Shown here in pieces: positions 45,953-57,169 of a stretch of 64,000 bases of DNA (positions are counted from its first letter, which is position 1; the number at the start of each line of letters is the position of its first letter). The stretch is from Monocercomonoides exilis PA203. Its lineage: Eukaryota; Protista; Preaxostyla. The stretch covers positions 1,178,001 to 1,242,000 of the forward strand of contig LSRY02000010.1 in the NCBI GenBank assembly GCA_001643675.2, in the 5' to 3' direction. The translations under genes were made by a program, and so were the position numbers. Under the pieces are notes generated by a model that was given only the letters and a program-made list of their open reading frames with translations, had not been told where the DNA came from and did not search any database.

Positions 45953-48900
45953 TCATTCATTTTTCTCCTCAACAAGCAATATTTCTTTTGATATCGCTCC
46001 GCTTTCCCTTCTCCTTCCACTTCCATAATTAACCCTGATCGGCACAACCCCCACTGCATCCGTTTCTGTCATCACCCATCCGCCTTTTCCATACATCCCA
46101 AACAGTTCCTTCTTCACATCCAGAAGCGTTGGCCTGCTTCCCACTTTCTGCGACAAGCAACTCAATACCAGATTGTGAAGTCTCGATTCACTCACACTCT
46201 CCAAGCTTGGCCTTTCACCATTGGATATCTTCTGCCCAGCAACCTCTGCTTCATACTCTCCAAATGGGATCTGAAGTGTCAAGCACTCCCACAACATCAT
46301 CCCAATCGAGAATGAAACAGATTCCTTTGTTGCACTCATCTTCTTGTTGATCAGCAGTTCTGGTGCCTTCCACCTCAAACACTCTTTCTTGAAGGCATCC
46401 TCATCCTCAAAAGCCGATGAAGGCAGAGAGTCATCATCATCATCATTATCACTGGCAGATGTCACAATAGTTGATGAAGAGATGGATGATGAGTCTGAAC
46501 TGTCATCTGATAATAAGTCAGAATGCATCACAATGCAGATCACCATGTGCTCAGAGAACAGCACAATATGAGGACTAAGATTTGCTAAAGACTGAAGAGG
46601 ATTTTCCATTTCATTAAAGGAATGAAGAGCAAGATTAGCAACCCAGAACAGAATCTGAGCAGCTGTCTGCTCCCTCTCCTGCAAACTTCCTATTGCCATC
46701 TCCTTTGTCTTATTCCTTCCATGAAGAAGCATGAACAGCGAATCCCTCAAGTCCACAATCAGCTTCTCGTGAGGAGACGAACAGGCCATGGCATCCACCA
46801 AGTTCGACATCGACGAGGTGGTCGGACAAGCATCTTCCATGCGAACAAATGTGGATTCCGTGTCTGAAGTATCTGTTGTTGAAGTGGATGAGATAGAAGG
46901 TGATGGAGTTCTCTTTCTCGAAATATCTTCTTCTTTCTCATCAGCCTTCTCCAGTGCCCATTCTGGAATCTTGTCTGAATCCTTTCCCAAAATGTATTCT
47001 GTTGATCCACTCTCAGATAAAAGGTACTCTTCAGACTCAGAATGCGCCATCTGCTTCCCATTCATTCTCTTCTTTATTCTCTCACAATTCTTCTCCTCAG
47101 CCTCTCTTTCTGCTCTCTTCCACTGCTCTTCCGGTGACATTTCCATTGTGACCATCTCAATCAGTTTCGGATCCTTCTTCACTGTATCATTCACAATCTC
47201 TTCCAGTTCTTCTGTTCTTCTCTTTTGCTTTCTCCATCGCATCGCCAATATTATTGATATAATCAGAATAATTAACAGAACAACTGCCATAACTATCACA
47301 ATCCACATCCATAACGATTTCCCTTCTTTTCCTCCTTCAACAATCCTTTCATCCCCATTTGTCTTTGTTTCACTTGCATTCTTCAGAATAAATGACTGAG
47401 TTGACGAAGGAGATTCTGCATTCCCAAACAAAATATTAACGCTCACCTCAACATCATTTCCACAACTGCTGATGAGATCCTTTGCCACACTTCCTTCTGC
47501 TTCTCTTTCTGATAAAAATCCATCTGAATCAAAATCATGCTTTTCAATATCTTTCTCTTCACCTTTCCTCTTCACAACTGAGAATGACAGATTACATGGG
47601 ATAAGAAGCATTCCTTTGAATATCAGCTTCATTCTATCAGCTTCTTCCTTTGCTTCCACACTTTCCAGAACTGGAATGAAGAATGATGAATCTCTCTCTG
47701 AAACAATCCCTTCAAAACTGCACCCTTCATTTAACATCCAAAGTGAAGTGTTTGGCAAAACTCCATCTCCTCCTTTCAAACTCACCACATTCAATGTTCC
47801 AGAATCTGAACAGATGATATTTCTTCTCAATGATGGATATCTTTCAATTGATGGATTGTTGTTTTCAAATCTTCCATCATTAACAGTCAATGCCCCTCCA
47901 CTTATTGTTATTCCACCATCTGGTGAATTCGATATTGTTGAATCTTTCATCATCACAGAACTCTTCACAACATCCACAAGAGATCCTTCCCATCTGCACA
48001 TCTCTTCTTCTTCATTAAAATTCTGCTCATTTATTTCTTTTGAACTTCCATCAAAAATGCAACTGTCCATTTTCACATCCAAGCAATTCTCCAATTTCAT
48101 CAATTTCCCTTTTGCTTTGTTTGAGCCAGCTCCACCAATTGTGCAATTTGCCAATTGCATCTTCTTTTTCGCTGACAGGCAAGATATCAATGATTCTTCA
48201 TCTCCTTCAACTGTGATATTTTCTGTATTGAAATCCTCAAGTGTAAATTGTCCACATTCATTTATATCTATCAGAGAAATTTCACTTGTTGAATTGCAAA
48301 TGGTTAATGAATCAATAACTGATGGAAGAGAAGATGAAAGATATATTGCTGTTTCTTGAAGAATGAGATTTGATATCTTGCATTCCATAAGTTGCAATTC
48401 TCCGTTTTTCATATTAATAATACAAAATGGAATGTTTGCAAAATCTTCTTTTCCTTCTTCATTAGGTTGTTTTGACGAAAAAGAACAATTCATAATTTCA
48501 AGAATTCCTCCTTCCGGTGAAATAAGTGATTCGTGAGAAGAGATGAAATTCGAGTCAAATACAAAGCTGACTCTCAGCAATGAAACTTCTCCTGTTGTTG
48601 TTACCAAAGCATCCCTTGTTCTTTCAATCCCTGATTGCACTTCAACTTCACAATATTCTCTCTTCTTCGAACTCAAACTCATTTCCTTCAGATTTATCTC
48701 TCCACTTATTACACTCTCTTCAACAATGAGAATTTGACTTATTAGCTCTGAAGTCAAATGTAGAAGGCCATGATCAATCGAATAACATGGAAGTGTATTT
48801 GTTCCACATTGTCTGTCATTTGAACCATTTATACTACTAACAATTATTATATCGCTCTGATGGATTGTTACAAATCCAATCAGATCTGTATCATTCGGAT

Positions 48901-51900
48901 AATCGCATTCATCTCTTCCATATATCACATTAATTCGTGAATAATGACCTTCTCGAAGATCAAATTGAAATTGAGTTTCATTGATCTGTGATGAGATGTT
49001 GAAGCATTCAATGAAAATATCATTCCCCACTTTTGCTGTATTTGCACTGAACTTCATCCCCACAAATGTGAAATTGAGAAGCCCTGTTTCCTTTGTTGCC
49101 AAATACACTCCTCCTCCTCTTCCCGTGATACCGCTGCAGCTACAATGACTGATTGTCGAGTCAATCATCTTCATCGATCCAGATGCACCCAATGTGAAGA
49201 ATATTGCCCCTCCTTTTTCACTTGTTTCTGTTTTGGCTTCTGTTATGCTGCTCTCATTCACAACTAAATCTATCTTTTTCTCACTTGCTGACTCAAAAAT
49301 GCTTGCTCCATTGTCACTTCTCTTCACTCCTGAAATTGATGAATTGCTAATTTTGAGATTCATTTCCTTTCCTTCTTCATTTATCTTCAATCCTGGTTCA
49401 AATTTCTTGATCGATAAAATACATCCTTTGCTTTCATTTAACGAATCCACCCGAACATTCACAAAATAGCAAGTTATTCCAGAATCATGAATGACAAACA
49501 TGCTGTTTCCAACATTGCATGATTCAACAGACAAATCATTCACTTCCACATTTCCTCCAATCATATCCACAAATGCACAATCAAATCCATTGTTCACTCC
49601 TGCCTCTGAATGGAATGAACATTCAGTAATAGCCAAAGCTCCATTTTTGTTTGAAATGATTGCTTTGGCTGAGTTGTCAAATCCCGATGTTAACTGGAGC
49701 TGGATATTCGTCAATTCAAGATGATCATCATTTTCCATGAAATATTCCAGTTGACTTCCAATTGACTTTTCAAAATTCAATATTGCTTTCGAGTTCTCTT
49801 TTCCCATCTTTACACTCTTTTTGATCTGATAATTGGAAACATCGAATGAATCTCGAATGAAAGCTGATCCTTCAATTTGAATCGTTTTCGTTTCATCTCC
49901 TTCTTTCACATTTTTCATCACTTTCCACATTGATTGACATGGTTCTTCTTCACTTCCACAACGAGCCACATCAAATCCTTCTGATGAGATAAATATCTCA
50001 AATGAGCTGTATGGAATAAGGAACATGAACAAATCTTTGTCTGAATGAAAATCATCACTTCCAACAAACAAATTGCTGTCATTTATCATTGATGAGTAAT
50101 TGAAGTGGAATGAATCATTTGTCACAGAACTATTCAAATCCTTTCCCCAAATGAACACATTTTTTCCATTGGTTGCTTTGTTGTTCTCAAAAGTTACGCC
50201 AACATTAAAAATAAATGGATTTTCATTCAAACAATTTTGATAATCCAAATACAAGAATCCTCCTTTTCCATTGCCTGATGAAAGTGAACAAAATGACACA
50301 TTTGTTGATTTGATCACCAAATCTTCATTCCCTTTCAATGTCACCCTTGCAACACCTCCTTCTTCACTTCTTGAGTTCTCAATATTTGAAAAGTTGCTGT
50401 TTTCAAGCAAAACAGAAGAAGCCATCACAAATGGAGATTTGGAAAATGAGGTTCCTTTTAAACTGCATCCCTTCAATGTGCAACTTCCAGTGGTTGTTGT
50501 TATCAATGAGTATTGAATGATATCTGATGATGATTGAATTTCAAATAAACAGTTTACGAGTCGAAGAACTCCACTCGATGAAACCAATGAATTAATATTT
50601 GGCTCAAATTGACTTGGAATTTGGAGCTTCAAAGACAACAAGCTGAGTGAAACTGTTGATGAAATAACAGATGAAGTTGTTGCAGAATCTCCATTGATTC
50701 TCTCTTCAAAATGAACAATCTTGTGTTTAATGGTATCTCCTTCATTCACACACCCTTCAATCGCAAATGCATCTGCGAATGAATAAATATCTTCTATTGT
50801 CCCTTCATCTTTCACTTTCACTTTCCTTTCTCCTTCTGTCCCACTTCTGTCAATGTGATTAATCCCACTTTTCATCGATTCGCATGGGAATATTTCACTT
50901 CCACACCCCAATGTGTCATGTCCATCTGTCGACACAGTCACCTCCACCCACTTCAGTCCAACAAGAAACACTCGAAGATCCATTTCCCCATAAATCCCAT
51001 CTTCTCCAACAAATGCATTCCCATCCTCCTTGTAACCTGAGCAATCAAATGCAAAACGCTCTGTATTCACACTGTTGACCAGATTGCTGCTCTTCACAAA
51101 TATGTTCTTCCCAACTTCTGCCCTGCATTCACAAAATGAAATAGATGATAGCATAAATCCCCCTTCATTCAAGTTGCAATCCAAAAATATTCCACCACCT
51201 CTTCCTCCGTTATTCACGTCCTCGCTCACACAACAGCTGGAAAAGGTGGAATCACTCACTGAAAATGTGTTGGCAGGGGCAGATGAGGCGAATGAGATGC
51301 ACCCGCCATTGGTGGCAGTTTGTTGGCTCAACTGTTCTGAGTTGATGTTGGTCATGGTGCAGTTGGTGAGGGAGATGGAGAGGGCAGGGGAGGTGGCAGA
51401 GGAGAGGACACAGCTGGCGGGTGTGGCAGTGGAGGTGATATCGGTGATGTTGGAGGAGTTGAGGGAGAGAGGATTTGTGAGGGAGGTGAGCTGGAAGATG
51501 CTTTGGCTGTTGAGAGTGAGTTGGGTGATTGCCGTGTGGTTGAGGGTGAGGGAGCCAGCAGTGAGGAAGAAGAGGGGAGTTTTTATAGTTATGGAGGTTG
51601 TTCCGGTGATGGTGGTTGTGTTGAGGTTGAGGGAAGGGGAATTATCGGAGAGGTGGAAGAGGATGGGGGTGATGGGGTTTGTGGAGTTGTGAGCGATGGC
51701 GAGGGCAGAGACCGTGAGGGAGCCCTGTGTTTGTTGGAAGAGGGTAGAAGAGGCAGATGGATCAGGTGAAGAAGAAGAGGAAGATGAAGGCTGAGGAATG
51801 CCATATGAAGAGATAATTGTGGTATCTGAGCCATTTCCGGTGATTTTGGTGTCAACTGCGCTGAAAGTGAGTGTTTGAGAAGGAATAAATATTGAGTTGA

Positions 51901-53812
51901 GGAGAGTGAGGGAGGTGTTTTGGAGGTGGGAAATGAAGCCGTTGAGGGCATACTCAATGGTGGCACATGGTGTGTGCTGAGGTCTACCACAGATTTCCAT
52001 ATCAATTCCGCTATTGGACACGATTTTGTTCTGGGCTATGAGAGGGAGCCAGCTGTTATACTCTGTGTTATCAGCTGTTTCACAATTCCACACTCTTTTT
52101 GTTGAGGTTGTTGAACAACAATTTTCGAATGGTGATTGAGTGATACTTGTTCCATTGAAGAATGCATCATTTCCTCTTCCATTTATTGCGGAGTTTCCAT
52201 CAAAAAAACAAAATATGATGAATTTCACTTCATTCATCCAATCATACGTTCTGGTGCAACACAGAGCAGCGCCACCGTAGGTAGTTGGATTTTCTACTTT
52301 ATTTCCGATGAACTGGCACTCTTGGAGCAAGCACTGTTTTGGTTTTTCTGGTGGATGCCAATTAAACGTGACTGCTCCTGCCGTATCTCCACCAGTATTT
52401 GCAACACAGATGCAATTTTTAAACAAGAATTTTGCATCTGATGGCATGTTATCGAGACCAAAATACCAACCAGTCCCATAAGCGTTTGTTATTTCACAGC
52501 TTTCCACTCTATTATCTGAGAATGTCCAAACAGCATTTGATTGTGGATGCCATATTGCGGCTGCTCCTCCACCAGATGCAGAGCAGTTTGTAATATTGGA
52601 TTTTGTGATTTCCATTTTCAACAAACTTGCACAATACAAAGCTCCACCATTTCCATTGCTTGAACAATTATTGAATGAACAAGAAGTGATTGTGAGATTT
52701 GCATTTGTGCTAATAACTTTAAGTGCACCACCATAATCATTCCCACCATTTGAATCATTCCATTCGCACCACTCAAAGCGATGGCTGTTCTCATCAAACG
52801 AAGTCAGTCTTCCAGGTTTCGCTCTTTGGGTTTCGGATCCGACATGCACGACAGCAGTATTTGATGAAGAGCGTGTTTGGTGGAAGAAAGAAGTGTTGAA
52901 GGTAGAGAGAGAAGTGGATGGACTGTTGAGGTTGGGGAGAATGGCGCCATCGATGGGGTTGTGAGTGTGTTTGAAGACGGTTGAGCGGATGGAGAAGGAG
53001 GAGTGAAGGGAGAAGGAGGGGATTTTATTGACGTTGGTGGAAGAACAGGAAGAGGTGGATGATGTGAATGAATTGAGTGAGCGTGAAGGAAGGGATGGAG
53101 AAGATTGAAGTGATTGAGGAGAGGAGATGTTGGAGAAGAGGGTGTTTGAGAGATGGAGATTAAGGTGGATTTGGAGGTGGGGATGGGATTGGTGATGGTT
53201 ATGGAGACGGGAAGAAGAAGGAGAAAAAAGGAAGGGCTGGATGAGGGAGATGAACGAGGAGAAAGAGGAGTGGGAGATGGAGAAGGAGGTGGGGATTGGG
53301 GAGTGGGCATCTGGAAGGAGATTGTTTGGGGCGGAGAAAAGGGGGAAGGAGAGGATGTCTGGCTGGTGGATGGTGAGGGAGAAGTTGGTGAGGGCGAGTG
53401 AGGCATGGGCAGAGAGGAAAAGTGGAGATTTTGTTGCTGGGTTGACTTGGCAAATGGAGGAGCAGATGGTGGCAGCTGAGTGGTGTTGGGCAGTGATGAG
53501 TGGACAACCAGCGAGAGGCGCTAATGTGAGATGAGTCACACACAAGGAGGTGTTGATGATATTCAGATTTGTTCGAACACAACAAGCACGAACACTCGAT
53601 GAGAATATGTTTTGTGCTGTGACAATATTATGATTATTGTAGTATTTGTTGCTGCTGTTTTCAATGCTGATCGTGCTTTTTGGCATCTCCCAATTCATTT
53701 CTTGCTGATATTGTTTTTCGGCAATTCCTCTGCCATTGCTGCAATTAACAACAATAATTATAAGAGCAACAATATTTATTGCAGCTTTTGCGCTGGTGAA
53801 GATATTCGCCAT
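45953..53812 (-). CDS. Giant intronless receptor-like protein B (paralog of A)
   Basis: Frame open to 53941; likely start MANIF at 53812. Same domain order as A with near-identical termini and diverged internal ectodomain blocks. Confidence 0.88.
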   Translation of the reverse strand: MANIFTSAKAAINIVALIIIVVNCSNGRGIAEKQYQQEMNWEMPKSTISIENSSNKYYNNHNIVTAQNIFSSSVRACCVRTNLNIINTSLCVTHLTLAPLAGCPLITAQHHSAATICSSICQVNPATKSPLFLSAHASLALTNFSLTIHQPDILSFPLFSAPNNLLPDAHSPIPTSFSISHSSFSSFISLIQPFLFSPSSSRLHNHHQSHPHLQIHLNLHLSNTLFSNISSPQSLQSSPSLPSRSLNSFTSSTSSCSSTNVNKIPSFSLHSSFSIRSTVFKHTHNPIDGAILPNLNSPSTSLSTFNTSFFHQTRSSSNTAVVHVGSETQRAKPGRLTSFDENSHRFEWCEWNDSNGGNDYGGALKVISTNANLTITSCSFNNCSSNGNGGALYCASLLKMEITKSNITNCSASGGGAAAIWHPQSNAVWTFSDNRVESCEITNAYGTGWYFGLDNMPSDAKFLFKNCICVANTGGDTAGAVTFNWHPPEKPKQCLLQECQFIGNKVENPTTYGGAALCCTRTYDWMNEVKFIIFCFFDGNSAINGRGNDAFFNGTSITQSPFENCCSTTSTKRVWNCETADNTEYNSWLPLIAQNKIVSNSGIDMEICGRPQHTPCATIEYALNGFISHLQNTSLTLLNSIFIPSQTLTFSAVDTKITGNGSDTTIISSYGIPQPSSSSSSSPDPSASSTLFQQTQGSLTVSALAIAHNSTNPITPILFHLSDNSPSLNLNTTTITGTTSITIKTPLFFLTAGSLTLNHTAITQLTLNSQSIFQLTSLTNPLSLNSSNITDITSTATPASCVLSSATSPALSISLTNCTMTNINSEQLSQQTATNGGCISFASSAPANTFSVSDSTFSSCCVSEDVNNGGRGGGIFLDCNLNEGGFMLSSISFCECRAEVGKNIFVKSSNLVNSVNTERFAFDCSGYKEDGNAFVGEDGIYGEMDLRVFLVGLKWVEVTVSTDGHDTLGCGSEIFPCESMKSGINHIDRSGTEGERKVKVKDEGTIEDIYSFADAFAIEGCVNEGDTIKHKIVHFEERINGDSATTSSVISSTVSLSLLSLKLQIPSQFEPNINSLVSSSGVLRLVNCLFEIQSSSDIIQYSLITTTTGSCTLKGCSLKGTSFSKSPFVMASSVLLENSNFSNIENSRSEEGGVARVTLKGNEDLVIKSTNVSFCSLSSGNGKGGFLYLDYQNCLNENPFIFNVGVTFENNKATNGKNVFIWGKDLNSSVTNDSFHFNYSSMINDSNLFVGSDDFHSDKDLFMFLIPYSSFEIFISSEGFDVARCGSEEEPCQSMWKVMKNVKEGDETKTIQIEGSAFIRDSFDVSNYQIKKSVKMGKENSKAILNFEKSIGSQLEYFMENDDHLELTNIQLQLTSGFDNSAKAIISNKNGALAITECSFHSEAGVNNGFDCAFVDMIGGNVEVNDLSVESCNVGNSMFVIHDSGITCYFVNVRVDSLNESKGCILSIKKFEPGLKINEEGKEMNLKISNSSISGVKRSDNGASIFESASEKKIDLVVNESSITEAKTETSEKGGAIFFTLGASGSMKMIDSTISHCSCSGITGRGGGVYLATKETGLLNFTFVGMKFSANTAKVGNDIFIECFNISSQINETQFQFDLREGHYSRINVIYGRDECDYPNDTDLIGFVTIHQSDIIIVSSINGSNDRQCGTNTLPCYSIDHGLLHLTSELISQILIVEESVISGEINLKEMSLSSKKREYCEVEVQSGIERTRDALVTTTGEVSLLRVSFVFDSNFISSHESLISPEGGILEIMNCSFSSKQPNEEGKEDFANIPFCIINMKNGELQLMECKISNLILQETAIYLSSSLPSVIDSLTICNSTSEISLIDINECGQFTLEDFNTENITVEGDEESLISCLSAKKKMQLANCTIGGAGSNKAKGKLMKLENCLDVKMDSCIFDGSSKEINEQNFNEEEEMCRWEGSLVDVVKSSVMMKDSTISNSPDGGITISGGALTVNDGRFENNNPSIERYPSLRRNIICSDSGTLNVVSLKGGDGVLPNTSLWMLNEGCSFEGIVSERDSSFFIPVLESVEAKEEADRMKLIFKGMLLIPCNLSFSVVKRKGEEKDIEKHDFDSDGFLSEREAEGSVAKDLISSCGNDVEVSVNILFGNAESPSSTQSFILKNASETKTNGDERIVEGGKEGKSLWMWIVIVMAVVLLIILIISIILAMRWRKQKRRTEELEEIVNDTVKKDPKLIEMVTMEMSPEEQWKRAEREAEEKNCERIKKRMNGKQMAHSESEEYLLSESGSTEYILGKDSDKIPEWALEKADEKEEDISRKRTPSPSISSTSTTDTSDTESTFVRMEDACPTTSSMSNLVDAMACSSPHEKLIVDLRDSLFMLLHGRNKTKEMAIGSLQEREQTAAQILFWVANLALHSFNEMENPLQSLANLSPHIVLFSEHMVICIVMHSDLLSDDSSDSSSISSSTIVTSASDNDDDDDSLPSSAFEDEDAFKKECLRWKAPELLINKKMSATKESVSFSIGMMLWECLTLQIPFGEYEAEVAGQKISNGERPSLESVSESRLHNLVLSCLSQKVGSRPTLLDVKKELFGMYGKGGWVMTETDAVGVVPIRVNYGSGRRRESGAISKEILLVEEKNE

Positions 53813-54337
53813 GGAAGAAGATAGGAAAATAACTTTAAAATAAAAATCCCTGCGCCCAATATATTTGTTTGTTTCCGAAAAAATTAATTTTTGTTGAACA
53901 TAATTCTTGATGAATAAAAATTTATTTTTTAACTTTTTCATATTGAAGCTGAATTTTTTGTCTGAGTTTAATGTTTGTTTTTGTTTTTGATTTCAAAAGA
54001 AAAGCGTATTATTCTCTTTTTTGTATTTATAAGAGTTTCTTTTCAAGGAATACAATTTTTGGATATTCAAATTCTAATAATTTTTGAAAAGCAATAAATT
54101 CAATTTTATAGGTTGAAACTTTTCATTGTTGAAGGAAAATGAATCGCTTTCCAACGAAAATTCTTTTCAGACAAACGAAATGTTTCATGTGATAGTTTTT
54201 CAATACAATAGGGGATAAGTATTTTTATTGTTATCGTTATTATTTGGGTTTTGTTTTGTCTCGTAATGTGTGTTTGAAAATATTGATTTTTGAATTTCAT
54301 AAAATTAACTGATATTTTATCCAATTTTTAATATATA

Positions 54338-54753
54338 CAGATATCGCATAAAATACCGGACATCGCACAAAATACCGGACATCGCACAAAATACCGGACA
54401 AGGTCGATTACACAATAACAGCAAGAGGAATAATTCTGACAATTTTCCTCAAAACACATCTCATTAATACAAACTCATTTTAAAAACGAGACTTTCAAAA
54501 CGACTTCATTTGTGCTCAGAAAAAATTATTTCTGAAATCTCGGAGAAACTCAAAATCAAATTTCTCCGAGATTTCAATAATAATTTTTTTAAATATTCTG
54601 TCGACACAAAAATGAAAGTTTTGTATATCAAATGAGTTTGTATTTATGAGATGTGTTTTGAGGAAAATTGTCAGAATTATTCCTCTTGCTGTTATTGTGT
54701 AATCGACCTTGTCCGGTATTTTGTGCGATGTCCGGTATTTTATGCGATATCTG
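54338..54753. mobile_element. 416-bp pogo/Tc1-mariner-type MITE, TA-flanked, with 19-bp subterminal repeats
   Basis: TA|CAGATATCGCATAAAATACCGGAC...GTCCGGTATTTTATGCGATATCTG|TA. ATCGCA(T/C)AAAATACCGGAC occurs three times on the left and twice on the right. Inner hairpin TGAAATCTCGGAGAAA...TTTCTCCGAGATTTCA. Confidence 0.88.
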
Positions 54754-55343
54754 TATATATATATTGTTGTTGTTGTTGTTGTTGTTAAAAATTGTATTGC
54801 GTTTTATAGCAATTGGATACTGCCTGGAAAAGTTGTCAAAAACCCGACAAAAGCATTTATGGTTTTTGTTTCTTTTATAAATTTTTTGACAAATTTTTTG
54901 TTTTCATGCAATTCTTTGTTAACGTGAAATAAGCTATTAGATGTGTAACTTTCTTTCGAAATTAACTTTATTTTTTTCCAAATTGTTTGAACAAATATAG
55001 AGGCTCTTGGTTCATCTTTTTATTTACATTTTTTTCTTTATTGGCACTTTTTTTTTAAATAAAAATTAATCTGACCCACAAATGATATTTTATAATATAT
55101 TTATGGTATATATACAAATGTCAAGTATTCTCATATTAAAATTTTGAAAGATATCCAATTTCTTGTGGAGGGGAAATGGAGGGGTTCACGTCCTTCCATT
55201 GAGCTTTCATGAGAAATTGGACTGCACAAAGGTTTGTAAATATTTCTAATTCATTCAAAAATATAAATATTAATTAAAAATTCTTTAATGAGAATAAATA
55301 AATAAAAAAATTTATTAACGATCATTACCAAATATATATATAT

Positions 55344-56366
55344 ATGAAATTGCTAGTGAAAAAGATAGCTGAAGCGGCGCAGATGCGGCTGAAGGAAGCA
55401 ATGTCTTCATTGCATTACGGAAAATATAGTTTAAGATTAGAAAGGATTGCACACATTGTAAATGACAACGTTATCGGGCTGGTCGACGGGGTTAAATACT
55501 GTGGAATAAGCAAAAAATCTTTGGAGCACGCAGTTAAATCCATAAAAAACGGCAGACCAATTGCAAAAGTTGGGCACCCACCAATTATCAGCGGTGAAAA
55601 AGAAAAGCAATTCTTGGAAGAAGTCACAATAGAATCTCGATCTGGGACAAGCCTCACATTAAGAAAAGCGCGTGATCTGGTTTGCAATTGATATTTGAAT
55701 TGTATATGAATTTTTATTTCGATGGAAAATATAATTAACGATAGTGAAGAAGAGGAGAAAATGAAGAAAAGAAGAAAAAGACAGTCACTCTGAAGACGGT
55801 TCACGCATTCATAAAGCGCCATCCGGAATTGAAGTCATCGCTTTCAAAGCAAGTTGATATAAACAGACTTGCAGCATCTTGTCAGAAAGTTCTAAAGAAG
55901 TGGTCCACCAAATTACAAGCATAACACGATGAAAACAAATATCCCGAGGAACTAATCTTCAATATCGATGAATCTTCGCTTCGAATTCCAACTTCTACAC
56001 GTGGCGTTGTTGTTCATCCTGCAGGATGAACAAGCTGGATTCAAAAAGACTGCCGAACGGATGCAGAATGCCACTCTCGTTGCTGGAATCGATGCTGATG
56101 GCTTCTCGCTTCCGTCTGTCGTGCTGTTGCCGAGCGCAACTCTTCCAAAAGAATAAACTACGCTATAAACGCCGTTGCTAGATATTTGGCCAAACACAAA
56201 TGGCTGGATGGACAAAACACCATTCAAAAAATACGCCTTAACAGTTCTGCTGCCAGCTATCATTGACAGAAGAAAACGTTTCTTGAAGGAATCTCATCGT
56301 TGCCTTCTTCTCCTGGACTCGCACTCATCACGGGCTGATCCAACCATATGGGTGATTTTTTTTTGA
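55344..56366 (+). pseudogene. pogo/Tigger (CENP-B-type HTH + DDE_1) transposase pseudogene, truncated, one probable intron
   Basis: KVGHPPIISGEKEKQF, RFHAFIKRHPEL, YPEELIFNIDESSL, ATLVAGIDADG..LP, NTNGWMDK..F, CLLLLDSHSSR. In-frame TAA stops and a frameshift near 56020; GTTTG..AG intron at ~55680-55745. Confidence 0.85.
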
Positions 56367-56819
56367 TATCATAAAAAAAGATCAAAAATTGAAAAAAGAA
56401 TATTAATTGTGGTATTTATTGATCATATAGTAAAATTGATTTTTGACAAGTATTTAGCTTTTATTTCTGTCATATATATTTGTTTTATTTTTTCTCCCCA
56501 AAAAGACATACCTTTTTAATGTTTTTGGTGAAAAAGGATTTTATGATCAAGTTTCAAAAAATATTAAAAAATCAATCTTTAAAAGGAAAATATAATTTCA
56601 AGTTTCAAAACTTGCAATACAAAAATTTTTGAAGAAAATATTATTTGTTGAACATTATGGATGGCTTTATATACATAAAATTTGTGAATTTTCAAAAGAA
56701 GTTGCGATGCATTTAATATTAATTTTGCTGAAACTTCATCATTAAGTTCCTGTTGTTGCTGAGCAGTTCAACGGATTCGTCAAATGGAGATAATGTTGAA
56801 AAGGATGCAACAAACAACG

Positions 56820-57012
56820 GGAACAAAATCGTTGCAAATGGTGGAATTGATGCAGATGCTTGTAGCAAAACACAGAAAAACCCATTTGCCACGATGGAGC
56901 ATGTTCTCGGATGCGTTGCTCCCTTCAGCGATGCTTCTCTCTCTCTTCTCATCTCCACTTTCACTCCCACAAAGACTCTCACCTTCAGCGCGGTCGATAC
57001 AAAATTCACTGT
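56820..57012 (+). pseudogene. Internal fragment (copy D) of the giant receptor-like family
   Basis: NKIVANGGIDADACSKTQKNPFATMEHVL...SLSLLISTFTPTKTLTFSAVDTKFT aligns with A (NKVVANSGMDADACGRQGQTPCATIEYAL) and B (TLTFSAVDTKIT). Confidence 0.8.
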
Positions 57013-57169
57013 ATGCGATATTATTTTTCCAATTCTCAAATAAATTTCTTCTAATTCTGATGGCTTTTCATTTCACTTCATATTCATGAATTTTCATCTT
57101 CTTTTCAACAGGAGTTCATATCATCATTTATCTTTCATAGAGCCCAAAATTTGCACAGGTTATTTTATT

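Larger units (their letters stand above)
44946..54331 (-). repeat. Arm B of the ~9.5 kb inverted segmental duplication
   Basis: Reverse-complement homolog of 21418-30990. The outer boundary abuts the MITE at 54338. Confidence 0.9.

Noticed and set aside
21418-54331. Whole 33 kb unit as a giant transposon or Maverick/Polinton with 9.5 kb TIRs
   Set aside because: No integrase, polymerase, capsid or transposase inside, no terminal motif or TSD seen, and the spacer holds ordinary housekeeping genes.
54343-54400. CRISPR-like direct repeats
   Set aside because: 19-bp units are contiguous with no spacers, mirrored in the other arm, in a eukaryotic context with no cas genes.
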